Source: an uncultured Planctomycetaceae bacterium (lineage in GTDB: Bacteria; Planctomycetota; Planctomycetia; Isosphaerales; Isosphaeraceae). From it: a stretch of 64,000 bases of DNA. Location of the stretch: assembly GCA_963833985.1 (NCBI GenBank), contig CAWIAD010000002.1, positions 3,072,001 through 3,136,000 on the forward strand, given 5' to 3'. Below the pieces are notes generated by a model. It did no database searches and was not told the origin of the DNA. It saw nothing but the letters and a program-made list of their open reading frames with translations. The translations under genes and the position numbers were made by a program. Below are positions 38,922 to 49,047 of this stretch, piece by piece; the stretch's first letter is position 1; each line of letters starts with the position of its first letter.

Positions 38922-40442
38922 ATGAGCCGACAACGCGTCTTCGCTTGCCTCGCGACCGCCCTCTTGGTTCTTCTGCTCGCGGTGAAGGGATCGATCCTGT
39001 CGGCCCGGCAGGACGCACCCAAATCTCTCGTGCAGCCGCCGGCCAGGGCGGAGCAGCCCAAGGCAAAGGTCACGCCTCCGCCAGTGGGCGGAGTGAACCA
39101 CGAGCGTGCCGACATGGAAGCCGCGTTCCGCAAGACGGAAGCGGCCATCGAGAAGATGTTTGCCGCGCACGATCTGCGGCCCCACGGCCTGCCTGCCATT
39201 CCCGATGACCCGCCACCGCACGAGGGGGCCATGATCGCGTATCCGGAAGTCATTGAACCACCCGACCTGCTTCTGGTGGAAGTCCTGGAGTCGCTTCCCG
39301 GCCGGCCGATCTCGGGCGAGCGGCTGGTCCGCTCCGACGGCACGATCAGCCTGGGCTTCTATGGCGAGGTCCACGTGGCCGGCCTCACTCCTTCGCAGGC
39401 GAAGGTGAGGATCATCCAGCACCTGAGACGATATCTGAACGACGAGCTGCTGGGCTTGTATCAGGTGAATTACGAGGAAGAAGAGATGGTACCTCAGGCG
39501 CCTGCCGATCCGGCCGGAGACCCGTTCCAGGCACCGAAGAAGGAAGAGCGCAGGCAAGAAGCCACCAAGGCGCGTACCGTCCCATCTGCGTCCAGGGTCG
39601 CGCCGGTCAGGCCGCGGCTGGTGCCCGGGCGCAGTGCCCGGAGCACTCCGCATCATGGAAGGGTGCGGCCGGTGGCGCGCCGCCAGGAGGTGGAGAAGAA
39701 GCCCGAGGAAGCGAGGAAGACCGTCCGGATCCCCCTTGAAGCTGGCGGGCAGGCCACCATCACCGTCGAGGTTCACCCAGGCGGCCAGGCCGCCGAGCCG
39801 GCCATGCAGCCCGAGGAGATCGCGGGGTTGTTCTGGGAAGGCCTGCCCCTGCCGCCCGGCCCTGTGATCCCTCCGGAAGACTCCGACCGGGTCTTCGTCG
39901 ACATCACTGCGTATAACTCGAAGACCTATTATCTTGAAGGAGATTTCACATCGCCCGGCCGCCTGCCGTTCACCGGACACGAGACCGTGATGGACGCCAT
40001 CGCCTTTGGGGGCGGCCTGCTGCCCACGGCGGACCCGAAAGACATCCGCCTGGTGCGCCCGGCGCGCGGAGGCAAGCTGGCGAAGGTCTACAAGGTGGAC
40101 CTGGAAGCGATCCGCGACAAGGGAGAGCAGAACTTGAACTACCAGGTGTTTCCCGGCGACCGGCTCATCGCGGGCCGCAACGACGTGGTGAAGAAGACCG
40201 TGCAGATCGATCGCCTTGCGGCCGCTATCCAGGCGGTCACCAGCTCCATCTCGCAGGAGTCGTCGCTCTTGCGCTCGCTCCAGACCGCCAGTCCTGCGCA
40301 CCACGACGCAATCCTCGAGGACCTGGTCGAGTTCTGGATCCAGCAGATGAAGCGGACCGATGACATGACGCTCGACGACCAGACATTGCGTGACGCACTC
40401 ATCCGGCGACTGAGACCAAGGCCAATGGAGAAGCGGAAGTAA
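38922..40442 (+). CDS. Polysaccharide biosynthesis/export family protein (Poly_export + SLBB)
   Basis: IEPPDLLLVEV, LVRSDGTISLGFYGEVHVAGLT, YNSK.YY..G...PGRLP.TG.ETV.DAI, NYQVFPGDRL. Confidence 0.85.
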   Translation: MSRQRVFACLATALLVLLLAVKGSILSARQDAPKSLVQPPARAEQPKAKVTPPPVGGVNHERADMEAAFRKTEAAIEKMFAAHDLRPHGLPAIPDDPPPHEGAMIAYPEVIEPPDLLLVEVLESLPGRPISGERLVRSDGTISLGFYGEVHVAGLTPSQAKVRIIQHLRRYLNDELLGLYQVNYEEEEMVPQAPADPAGDPFQAPKKEERRQEATKARTVPSASRVAPVRPRLVPGRSARSTPHHGRVRPVARRQEVEKKPEEARKTVRIPLEAGGQATITVEVHPGGQAAEPAMQPEEIAGLFWEGLPLPPGPVIPPEDSDRVFVDITAYNSKTYYLEGDFTSPGRLPFTGHETVMDAIAFGGGLLPTADPKDIRLVRPARGGKLAKVYKVDLEAIRDKGEQNLNYQVFPGDRLIAGRNDVVKKTVQIDRLAAAIQAVTSSISQESSLLRSLQTASPAHHDAILEDLVEFWIQQMKRTDDMTLDDQTLRDALIRRLRPRPMEKRK

Positions 40443-40475
40443 AGATCCGGCCGGGGTGAACCTTGCGGGGTATTA

Positions 40476-41888
40476 TCACTCCGGCAGCGGCTGCCCGCGC
40501 GTCTCCACTGCGAAGGGGAGGGCCAGCAGGCCGAGGAAGAAGACCGAGCACATGGCCACACCGGCGTAACGCATCGGCTCGTCGTAGCCATGAAAGACCT
40601 GGCTGGTCAGGAGGCCCAGGACTGACGGGCCCGCAGCGGCGACCAGCCGGCCCACGTTGTAGCAGAACGAGGTTCCCGTGCTCCGCAGCCGGGTGGGAAA
40701 GAGCTCCGGGAAGTAAATCGCGTAACCGCCGAAGAGCGAGAGCTGGCAAAACCCCATGATGGGTATGAACACAAAAATCTGCCAGAACGCGTCGAGAAAC
40801 CAGAACGTGAAGGCCGTGGAGACCGCGGCCAGCACGAACGCGATGGCGAATGCCGGCCTGCGGCCGAGCCGGTGCGTCACCTGGGCGAACGCCTGGATGC
40901 CGAAGAACGAGCCGGCGTTCTGGACCAGAGAGGTGATCCCCGCCCACAACGTCAGCTTGCCGGCAATGGTCTGAGGGTCGAGCCCCTGCGCCTCGAAGTG
41001 CTTGCGAAAGACGGCACGCATGAGGTCGAAGCTGAAGAAGCCGATCCCCCACAGGCCGACCACGCCGGCGAAGGCCAGCACCATGCCGACGATCGTGTTG
41101 CGCCGCCACCGCGGGTCGCCGAACAGCTCGGCGATCGAGCCCAGCTTGTGGGCATGTTTCGGATCGCCGGCCAGCTCCGCCTCTTCCTCCTGTACCGCGG
41201 CCTTCCAGCGCTCCGGTTCCTTGAGGCGGGCAAAGATAGGGATGGCCAGCAGGGCAGGGGCCAGGCCAACCAGGAACATCACGCGCCAGGCGCTGGCGAT
41301 TGCTCCCGATTGCTCCAGAGTCCCCAGACCGATGCCCACGCAAGCCGCCAGCATGTTGCCCACCGCAGACAATGCCTGGAGCCACCCCAGCGCGAAGGGC
41401 CGGGCGCGGTCGGACATCACCTCGGCCACCAGGGCCACGCCCACGGCGAACTGACCGCCGACGCCCAGGCCGGTGAGCAACCGGTACAGGGCGAAGTCCC
41501 AGACGCCGGTCGAGATCGCACTCAGTCCGGTGAACGCCGAGTAGCAGAGCACGGTCAGGAGCATGGTCCTCGCCCGGCCGATCTTGTCGCCAAGGACGCC
41601 GAAAAGGATACCCCCGAGTGCCCAGCCGATCATGAAGATGCTCGTGGCGTAGCCGCCGTACTCGTCGACAAGCCCAGCAGATTTCGGGTCACCCGGAACG
41701 ACGTGCAGGAGGCTGGTCACCGCCGGTTTTCGCGCCATGGCGAAGAGCTGCTGGTCCATGGTGTCGAACAGCCAGCCCAGCGATGCGACGGCGAAGACGA
41801 ACCACTGGTAGCGCGTGACATCGCGCCACCACGAAGCGCCGGACTGGCCGGAGGGCGGCTTGCCCGAGTGGTTGCCGTTGCTCAGCAT
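40476..41888 (-). CDS. MFS transporter
   Basis: GWLFDTMD, G.LGDKIGR, R.LTGLGVGG.F, PELFPTRLRSTG, ETRG. Confidence 0.92.
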   Translation of the reverse strand: MLSNGNHSGKPPSGQSGASWWRDVTRYQWFVFAVASLGWLFDTMDQQLFAMARKPAVTSLLHVVPGDPKSAGLVDEYGGYATSIFMIGWALGGILFGVLGDKIGRARTMLLTVLCYSAFTGLSAISTGVWDFALYRLLTGLGVGGQFAVGVALVAEVMSDRARPFALGWLQALSAVGNMLAACVGIGLGTLEQSGAIASAWRVMFLVGLAPALLAIPIFARLKEPERWKAAVQEEEAELAGDPKHAHKLGSIAELFGDPRWRRNTIVGMVLAFAGVVGLWGIGFFSFDLMRAVFRKHFEAQGLDPQTIAGKLTLWAGITSLVQNAGSFFGIQAFAQVTHRLGRRPAFAIAFVLAAVSTAFTFWFLDAFWQIFVFIPIMGFCQLSLFGGYAIYFPELFPTRLRSTGTSFCYNVGRLVAAAGPSVLGLLTSQVFHGYDEPMRYAGVAMCSVFFLGLLALPFAVETRGQPLPE

Positions 41889-42027
41889 CGCGAGAATCCT
41901 CCAGGAGGTGGCCTTTCGATCCGAATCACGATCAGACCATGCAGACGGGGCGTTCGCAACCGCCCTGGACGTTGAGTCGCCCGAAACTCCCTCGCGGCCG
42001 CGCGGGCGAGCCGATAAGATCGGCGGC

Positions 42028-43524
42028 ATGAAGACGAAGCTGCGGCTCATTCTGGCGGTGCAGGCCGTCCTGGTCGTCTTGCTCACCACGGCCATCGCCA
42101 GCAAGCGGATACCCCTGGGGATTCCCGGCGAATGGGAATGGCTGAGGGTCCATTCCGTCCCTCAGGCCGCGTGGCTGGCCTTCGCGGCAATCGCCGTGGG
42201 CGTGTACGCCGGCCTGGCCGCGCTGGGCTTCCGCTCGCTGTCCCGCCGCCCAGTACTCTCACGCTGGCGGGAGATATTCTGGGTCGCTCTTCTCTTCCTG
42301 GCTTCAATCGTGATCCAGGTGTTGATCCCGGCGGGCGCCGCGGACGAGTATGACCTGACTCGATGGGCCTACGTGAACTACCTCGGTGCCTCGACCGGCT
42401 ACTACCAGGTCGCCCGCACTCAGGCCGCAGTCAACCCCTGGCGGTTCCTGGCAGACTACCCGGTGTGGATCCAGCGCCAGGACTCACTGCACATCGGTAC
42501 GCATCCTCCCGGACTGATCGTCACCCAGTGCCTGTTGCTGCGGGCGATGGCGCGGAGCCCGGGCGCCGCCGATGCGCTGCTGCGAAGCATGCCGGCATCG
42601 ACCGCGGAAGGGTTCCGGCAGCTCGAGCTGCTGGACGGCAAGCCAATCCCGCGAGCCGACCGCGCCGCGCTCTATCTCAGCAGCCTCATCACGCTGATTG
42701 CGAGCGCGGGGACCGTGCTGCCGCTCTACCTGCTGGCACGTTCGGCCTTGCCGCCCCCTGCCGCCTGGGCGGCCGCGGCGCTCTGGCCGCTGGTGCCCGC
42801 GGCGAACCTGTTCCAGCCCGACGCGGACACGGCTTACCCCTTGCTCTCGTCCGCGGCACTCGCCCTTGCGGCCTGGTCCACGCGGAGCGCAGTGGCCGGG
42901 CGTTATGGCTTCGGGCAAGCCGTGCTGGGCGCAGGCTCGGGCATCGTGCTGGCGTTTGGCACGTTCTTCACCCTCGCGTTCCTGCCCGTGGGCCTGATCG
43001 TGGGGCTCCTGATCGCGCTGGCACCGGGGCTGGCGATCCGGCACAAGGCCGGCGCGGTCGTCGTGGTCGGGGCCGGCTTCTTGCTGCTCACGGCCCTGGG
43101 GTGGGCGATCACGGGCGCGGATCCCATCACCGTGTGGACCTGGAACCTGAAGAATCACGCCCGTTTCTATGTGGAGTATCCACGCACGTACCTGGCGTGG
43201 CTGGTGCTCAACCCGGTCGAGCTGGCGATCGCGCTGGGGCTGCCGGCGGTCACCTGGTGTCTGCTGGGTCTGGGAGGTCTGCGCACCGTGCCGCGAGTCT
43301 CCGTGGTCGCGTTCGCCGTGCTTTGTCTGCTGGACGTGATCGGCCGCAACATGGGTGAGGTCGCCCGGCTCTGGATTCTCTACCTGCCCGCGCTCCTCCC
43401 CGCGGCCGGTACCGGGTTCGTTCGTGCCGGAGGCACGCCGCGCACGCTGGCGGTTTCGGCCGGGTTGCTCGGTTTGCAGACGCTGGCCTTGCAGTCGTTG
43501 ATCCAGGTGGTCTATCCGGTGTGA
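42028..43524 (+). CDS. Multi-pass membrane protein, probable GT-C fold glycosyltransferase
   Basis: Many TM segments; H..THPPG periplasmic motif, PLY.LAR, GEVARLW. Confidence 0.6.
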   Translation: MKTKLRLILAVQAVLVVLLTTAIASKRIPLGIPGEWEWLRVHSVPQAAWLAFAAIAVGVYAGLAALGFRSLSRRPVLSRWREIFWVALLFLASIVIQVLIPAGAADEYDLTRWAYVNYLGASTGYYQVARTQAAVNPWRFLADYPVWIQRQDSLHIGTHPPGLIVTQCLLLRAMARSPGAADALLRSMPASTAEGFRQLELLDGKPIPRADRAALYLSSLITLIASAGTVLPLYLLARSALPPPAAWAAAALWPLVPAANLFQPDADTAYPLLSSAALALAAWSTRSAVAGRYGFGQAVLGAGSGIVLAFGTFFTLAFLPVGLIVGLLIALAPGLAIRHKAGAVVVVGAGFLLLTALGWAITGADPITVWTWNLKNHARFYVEYPRTYLAWLVLNPVELAIALGLPAVTWCLLGLGGLRTVPRVSVVAFAVLCLLDVIGRNMGEVARLWILYLPALLPAAGTGFVRAGGTPRTLAVSAGLLGLQTLALQSLIQVVYPV

Positions 43525-43529
43525 CCGGG

Positions 43530-44849
43530 TCAGAGGAAGACGTTCGTCACCCGGACACCCAGCTCCGTGTCGATGAGCACCAGCTCTCCCCGTGCGACCA
43601 GGCGGCCGCTGGAGGTCAGCTCGACTGGCTCGCGGCTGTGCCGGCCGAGCTCGACCACGTCGCCGGGCTTGAGGTCAGCCAGGCGGCTCAGGGTCAGGTT
43701 CACGCGCCCCAGCTCCACGGTGAGGGTGACCGGGACGTCCAGGGGCGTGGGGGCCGGCGCGGCAGCGGACGAGGGGCCGGCGCCGGGACTGGGGTTGGCG
43801 GCGGGGGAGGGGCCGGAACTCATGGCTTGATTGGTTCCCGGGGTCAGGGGTTCACGGGGTTCGATGTGGCACGTGAGTGGACCGGTGATCTTCAACTGCC
43901 GGCCCGCCGCGTCCTCGACCGGCTCGGCGGTGATCTCGAAGCGTTCGCCCGAAGCGCCCGGGCCGCACTCCAGCGTGATTGGCCCGCTCGGACTCCTGGG
44001 TGTTCCCCTGAGCCGCGAGTCGATGAGGGGAAGGACGCCCCCCCTGCGCAGCCGCTTGAGCCCGTCGGGCATGGCCACGAAGCCGGCCACGGCGCGCCAG
44101 TGCGACGAAAGGGCGCCGGCCTTCGAGGTTCCTGGGGCCGGCGTGCTCTTGCTGGTCGGCCGCTCCCAGGCGCTCAGGGCGCCCAGGGCGGACTCGGGAA
44201 TCCATAGCCAGGCCGTGCCCTTGGTCGTCCCCACCCGCACGAGCACGCGCACGGTGACAATGGCCCCCAGGTCCGCCGGATCGAACGGGTCGGGACCAAC
44301 GCGATCCAGCAGCAGCTCCGAGGAACCGGTCCGAGGCGGAGCGCCTGCGCGTGCTCGCGCGCCGCCGTACTTCAGGTCGAGCGTTTCCAGGGCGCGGAGC
44401 AGGAGATACGTCCAGACGCCCCATTCGACGGGTGTCAGTTGCAGCCGGCTCTCGGCGAATGGCCGGTTGTGCCCGAGGAGGCGGTCAACGATGGCGTGCG
44501 CGACGGCCACTTCCACGCCCACGGCCAGACGGGTGTGCAGGGCTGTCGCTCGGAGCTGGGCGATCAGGCCGGGCCTGCGCAGGCCCGAGGCGCGCCAGAG
44601 GATCTCCGGCCGGCCCAGCTCCAGGTCCTCGTCCAGGGATTCCAGGTTCCAGCCCAGCCAGTCGAGCGCACGGCCCGCGCCGGTCCAGCAGGCCAGCGAG
44701 GCCTCCAGCCGGACCTGCCGTGAAGCGAGGCGGGGCAGCCAGGACCAGAGCTCGGCGGGGGGGCTGCCGGCAAGATCCCGCAGGTCCGGCGCGCCGGGGC
44801 CGGAGTCGGCGTCCGGGGTCTCGAGGGCGGGGCCGTGTTCAAGGGGCAT
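43530..44849 (-). CDS. FliM/FliN-family (SctQ/YscQ-like) C-ring protein
   Basis: C-terminal SPOA domain DVPVTLTVELGR..LTL..L..LKPGDVVEL...ARGELV.ID.ELGVRVT; LT.VE.G motif in middle domain. Confidence 0.8.
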   Translation of the reverse strand: MPLEHGPALETPDADSGPGAPDLRDLAGSPPAELWSWLPRLASRQVRLEASLACWTGAGRALDWLGWNLESLDEDLELGRPEILWRASGLRRPGLIAQLRATALHTRLAVGVEVAVAHAIVDRLLGHNRPFAESRLQLTPVEWGVWTYLLLRALETLDLKYGGARARAGAPPRTGSSELLLDRVGPDPFDPADLGAIVTVRVLVRVGTTKGTAWLWIPESALGALSAWERPTSKSTPAPGTSKAGALSSHWRAVAGFVAMPDGLKRLRRGGVLPLIDSRLRGTPRSPSGPITLECGPGASGERFEITAEPVEDAAGRQLKITGPLTCHIEPREPLTPGTNQAMSSGPSPAANPSPGAGPSSAAAPAPTPLDVPVTLTVELGRVNLTLSRLADLKPGDVVELGRHSREPVELTSSGRLVARGELVLIDTELGVRVTNVFL

Positions 44850-45858
44850 GGTGCGGTCTCGCGGGCTCTGGCGGTGGCATGACCGGGATCCGGCCTTCCC
44901 CCGCAAGCCGTTCCCAGGCGGATTCCAGGACGGCCTGCTCCTGCCCGCGGAGCGACGGGCCGATCCGCGGCGCGGCCGCCATCGTCGACCGAATCCGCTT
45001 GGCGATGGCGTAAGGCACATGCTGGAGTACCCAGCGCACCCGGTAAGGCTCGCAGGCGGAAAGCAGCCGCGCGAGCGTGTTCAGCCCGAGTGCGGCAAGC
45101 CGGCGCCGCTTGCCCCCGCCCGGTGCCGGCCTGGTCATCTGCAAATCGCGTGCGGCCCAGGCGCGCAGGGCGGCCGGTTCGGTGCCGGACCGATCCATCG
45201 GGCGGGCGGCAAACCACTCCGCTCGCTGCCGGTCACGCGCGCGTCCGGAAACCAGTGCTTCCGGATCGCCGGCCAGCACCGCCTTGGCCTGGCCGGCGGC
45301 ATGACAGAGCGCGTAAAGCTCTCGCGGAGCGAGCATCGCAAGGGCAACGATCGCCGGCGGTTCGTCGGGCTGAGCAGCCTCTCCGCCGACGAGGCGCTCG
45401 GTCCAGAGCGAGAGCACCCATTCAGCGGCCTGCGCATCCGGAGGCCGCAACCCGGAGGTGTCGATCATGTCGCCGGACTGCTGCCGCACAGCGGCTCGCA
45501 CCTCTGGCGGGCCCAACCGCGCAACCAGGCTCTGCACGGCGGGAGACTCCCCCTGGAGCGCGCGCGACCACCAGCTCGGGTGAATCTCCGCGGGGTTCGC
45601 GTGGCACTGGTCCGCGTGCGCGCGGCGGAGCAAGCTCAGGGCGTGCTCCGGGCGGCGAGGCTCATGACCGCTCGTGGCATCGTCGAGACGCTGCCGCCAG
45701 TCACCGGCCAGCCAGCGCCGGCACGATGCGGAGGCGGCTCCCTGAACAGCGGGGCCCCAGGCGGCAAGGCAGCACACCAGCGCCAGATCGGCGTTGAGCA
45801 CGGGGCGCGGCATCTCTGCGGAGACGAGATCCGCCGGTGGCTGCGAAAGTCGCTGCAC
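44839..45858 (-). CDS. Hypothetical Ala/Arg-rich protein overlapping the SctQ-like gene
   Basis: Long ORF with IHPSWW motif; start uncertain (GTG 45858). Confidence 0.6.
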   Translation of the reverse strand: MQRLSQPPADLVSAEMPRPVLNADLALVCCLAAWGPAVQGAASASCRRWLAGDWRQRLDDATSGHEPRRPEHALSLLRRAHADQCHANPAEIHPSWWSRALQGESPAVQSLVARLGPPEVRAAVRQQSGDMIDTSGLRPPDAQAAEWVLSLWTERLVGGEAAQPDEPPAIVALAMLAPRELYALCHAAGQAKAVLAGDPEALVSGRARDRQRAEWFAARPMDRSGTEPAALRAWAARDLQMTRPAPGGGKRRRLAALGLNTLARLLSACEPYRVRWVLQHVPYAIAKRIRSTMAAAPRIGPSLRGQEQAVLESAWERLAGEGRIPVMPPPEPARPHHAP

Positions 45859-45895
45859 GTGGTCGGTTCCTGGTCGAGTTGTATCGTCAGGCGCG

Positions 45896-46663
45896 TCAGG
45901 TTGACGGAAAGTTCTTGATGAAACAGACCGAGCGGTCGGAAGTCTCAAGGGAAACGTGGTCGAACCCCGCGGCGCTCACCTCGGTGCTGGAGTCCTGGAC
46001 GAGAACGGGGATCCTGTCCATCCAGCCAGTGGCGTCGCGGAATTCCAGCACCAATTTCTCCGCGGTGAACGTGTAGGTCAAGGTGGTGATATGAACGCCC
46101 GGCTCACCCTGGGCCCATTCGTCGGCGACGCACCAGACCTCCTTGATGGCCCGGCCGATCTGGGCGACGGCCTCCTGTGAGAGGGCGGTGCGGGCGAAGA
46201 CGAGGCTGCGCAACTGACCCAGCCGGCGGAGGACCTCGCCGTCGTCGTCATCGTTGAACGAGACGCTGGCCTGAATCTGGCCAGCGCGGGTCTGGTCGGA
46301 CCAGCGTACGGCCTGTTCCAGGGCCTGAAAGATGCGGTCCGGCGTGTAGGGCTTGGCGATGTAGTCGTCGGCACCAATACAAAAACTCTCGATGCGGTTC
46401 TCGGCGGCGATCCGCGCCGTGATGATCACCAGGGGGATGAGGCTGGTTCCCCGGGAGGACTTGAGGATCTTGCAGATCTCATAGCCGTTGAGGTCCGGCA
46501 GCATCAGGTCCAGGAAGATGATATCGGGCTGAGCCCGGGCCACCAGGTTGAGTGCTTCCTTGCCCGTGAAGGCTGATTCGGTGCGGTAGCCACGGAGGCG
46601 CAGCAGCATTCCCAGCAGCTTGTTGGCTTCGGGCTCGTCTTCGACGATCAGCGCGGTGGGCAT
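45896..46663 (-). CDS. Response regulator (REC plus degenerate HATPase/anti-sigma-like C-terminal domain)
   Basis: LIVEDE, DIIFLDLMLP, GADDYIAKP. Confidence 0.88.
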   Translation of the reverse strand: MPTALIVEDEPEANKLLGMLLRLRGYRTESAFTGKEALNLVARAQPDIIFLDLMLPDLNGYEICKILKSSRGTSLIPLVIITARIAAENRIESFCIGADDYIAKPYTPDRIFQALEQAVRWSDQTRAGQIQASVSFNDDDDGEVLRRLGQLRSLVFARTALSQEAVAQIGRAIKEVWCVADEWAQGEPGVHITTLTYTFTAEKLVLEFRDATGWMDRIPVLVQDSSTEVSAAGFDHVSLETSDRSVCFIKNFPST

Positions 46664-46743
46664 CTGACGTCCTCAAAAGAAACGAGAGGCCGGATCACCA
46701 GGCCAGCGGCGCGTCACCGGCACCCGCACTGGCGACCCTGCGA

Positions 46744-47980
46744 CTAGGTCGAAGCCTCCTGGTAGGGTGCCAGAGAGGGTGAAGGAGGGGACGCGTCCTC
46801 GCTGGCCCCCGCGGCGCGGCGAGGCAGGCGTACCGTGATTCGCGTGCCGCCTTCGGCCACGCTTTCCGCTTCGATCGTCCCCCGATGCATCTCGACGAAC
46901 TGCTTGCAAATGCTCAGGCCAAGCCCGAGCCCGCGCTTGCAGAACCCGAAGTCCCCCGAGGAATGCCGGCTGGGATCGAACTGCGTGAAGAACGGCTGGA
47001 ACAGGTGCTTGAGCGCCTGCGGCTCAAGCCCGACGCCATGGTCGGTCACGCAGATCCGGGCCTCGTCGTCATCCTCGAGCTCGGCGGACAGCTCGATCAG
47101 GCCATGGTCGGGCGTGAACTTGATGGCGTTGGTGAGCAAGTTAACGAGCACCGCGCTGATCTTGTCGGCATCGACCTCGAAAGTCCCCAGGTCATCCGCC
47201 ACAGCGAGCCGAATTTCTAGCTGTCGCGCGTGCACAAACGGTAGAACCTGCTCGGCGACGCCGTGAATGAAGGTGCTCAGCTCGACCGGACTGCGCTGAA
47301 GAGTTCTCCGGAAATCATCCGCACGCAGCAGCGTGAGCATGCTCGTGACCAGCCGGGCGAGCTGCTTGCCGCTGGCGGTGATCTGGCGAAGAATGTCGCG
47401 CTCGTCGTCCGCGGGATCGGGATTGGCCATCTTCAGCAGTTCCGTGAGCCCAAGTACGAGCGTGATCGGCGTGTTGAATTCATGGCTGGCCACTTCAATG
47501 AACGCCGTCTTCAGTTGACCGGCCCGAGCCAGCTCTTCATTGGCAAGCACAAGCTGGGTGTTGGCCGCTTGCAGCTCCGCGATCAGCCGTTTCCTCTCGG
47601 CCAGCAAATCGTACTGCTCGGCGGCCTGCCGGATGATTCCCTCGAACTCCACCGTGTCCCACGGCTTCAGGATATAACGAAAGATGTGCCCCTCGTTGAC
47701 GGCGTTGATCACGGCCTGGATGTCCGCGTAGCCGGTGAACAGCATGCGGATGGCGTCGGGCTGGAGCCGGCGCCTGGCTCAGGAACGCATCGCCCTGCAT
47801 GCCGGGCATGCGCTGGTCCGAGAGGATCAGTTGCACCTGGTTCTCGCTCAGCAGCGAGATCGCCTGACTGCCAGACCCGGCGGTCAGGACCTTGTACGTA
47901 CGGTGAAACTGGTGCCGCAGGCTCTCCAGGACGTCCACTTCGTCATCGACAATCAGTAACGTGTGCCGCCTCTGCTCCAT
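46744..47980 (-). CDS. Hybrid REC-histidine kinase; frameshift ~47770
   Basis: LLIVDDE..SDQRMPGM in one frame; MLFTGYAD..KPW, ASHEFNTP, NLLTNAIKFT, GLGLGL in the next. Confidence 0.88.
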
Positions 47981-48304
47981 CCGATACGCTCCGCCCCCCC
48001 CACGCAAGGCCGCCTGGGCCGGCTTGTTCCACGCCGGACGCCGGCTCATTTCATCGCGGTCGATACATTGCTTGCTTGCAGGTTTGCACCGCTTCGGGAA
48101 CCTCGGGCAGACTCCCGACCGGGGCATCGGCACTTCCAGCATCCCTCGCCGCCATTCCTCATTACGCTTTCATCATACAGGTTTGGCCATCATTATAGTG
48201 GAGAAATATAGTGGAGAAATGCGGTCGGAAAATGGCGCTGTCGGGTAACTGCCATCCCCTGCATTCTGAACGGATGGTCATATCTCCTGGCTCCGTGTCA
48301 CGCA

Positions 48305-48835
48305 CTAATGCGGCAATTCCGGTGCCTCGCCGTCCTGCGGCGAGGATCCGGGAAGTACATGCAGCCGGTGTACAGCCGCCTCGATCGCGGAGAGCCGGTT
48401 CTTCAAACCGTCGATCTCGTCGAGCAGTAGCTCCCGGTCGCGAGCCATCATCTCCAGCCGGTCATACTCGGCGGCCGCTTGCTGCACGGCCATCTGGAGC
48501 TCCTCGGGTTGCCAGGGCTTACGCACGAACTGGAACACGTGCCCCTGGTTGATGGCCGAGATCACTGATTCGAGGTCGGCGAAACCCGTGAACAGCATGC
48601 GAATGGCCTGCGGATAGCGCGCCTTGACCTTGGTGAGCAGTTCTACGCCGGAAATTTGCGGCATGCGCTGGTCGGACATGACGATGTGCACTTCCTCCTG
48701 TTGCATGAGCCGGTAGCCTTCCTCGGCGCTGTGTGCCTTGAGAACCCGGAAGTCGCGGCGAAGCAGGTCGTGCACCGAGTCGCAAACGTTCGGTTCGTCG
48801 TCCACGATGAGGAGGCAATGCTTGTTCTTGGCCAT
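48305..48835 (-). CDS. Single-domain response regulator with coiled-coil tail
   Basis: LLIVDDE, SDQRMP, LFTGFAD, KPW. Confidence 0.9.
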   Translation of the reverse strand: MAKNKHCLLIVDDEPNVCDSVHDLLRRDFRVLKAHSAEEGYRLMQQEEVHIVMSDQRMPQISGVELLTKVKARYPQAIRMLFTGFADLESVISAINQGHVFQFVRKPWQPEELQMAVQQAAAEYDRLEMMARDRELLLDEIDGLKNRLSAIEAAVHRLHVLPGSSPQDGEAPELPH

Positions 48836-49047
48836 GGCGTTCGTCAGACCCTCCTCGGGCGAAGCTCCTTTCGACCGGAACCAGGATGCGGTACGCAACC
48901 CGCCGATCGTCACGGACGGAAGACGCAAAGAACCGAGATTTGCAGGAGCGACGAGGGCCGATCGGGAGCCTGGGGGATGGCAATCCGCGGGACTGATCCG
49001 CCGTTCGTGTCGCGTCTCTGTCATTCTATCACGCGCCGGCTCACCGG

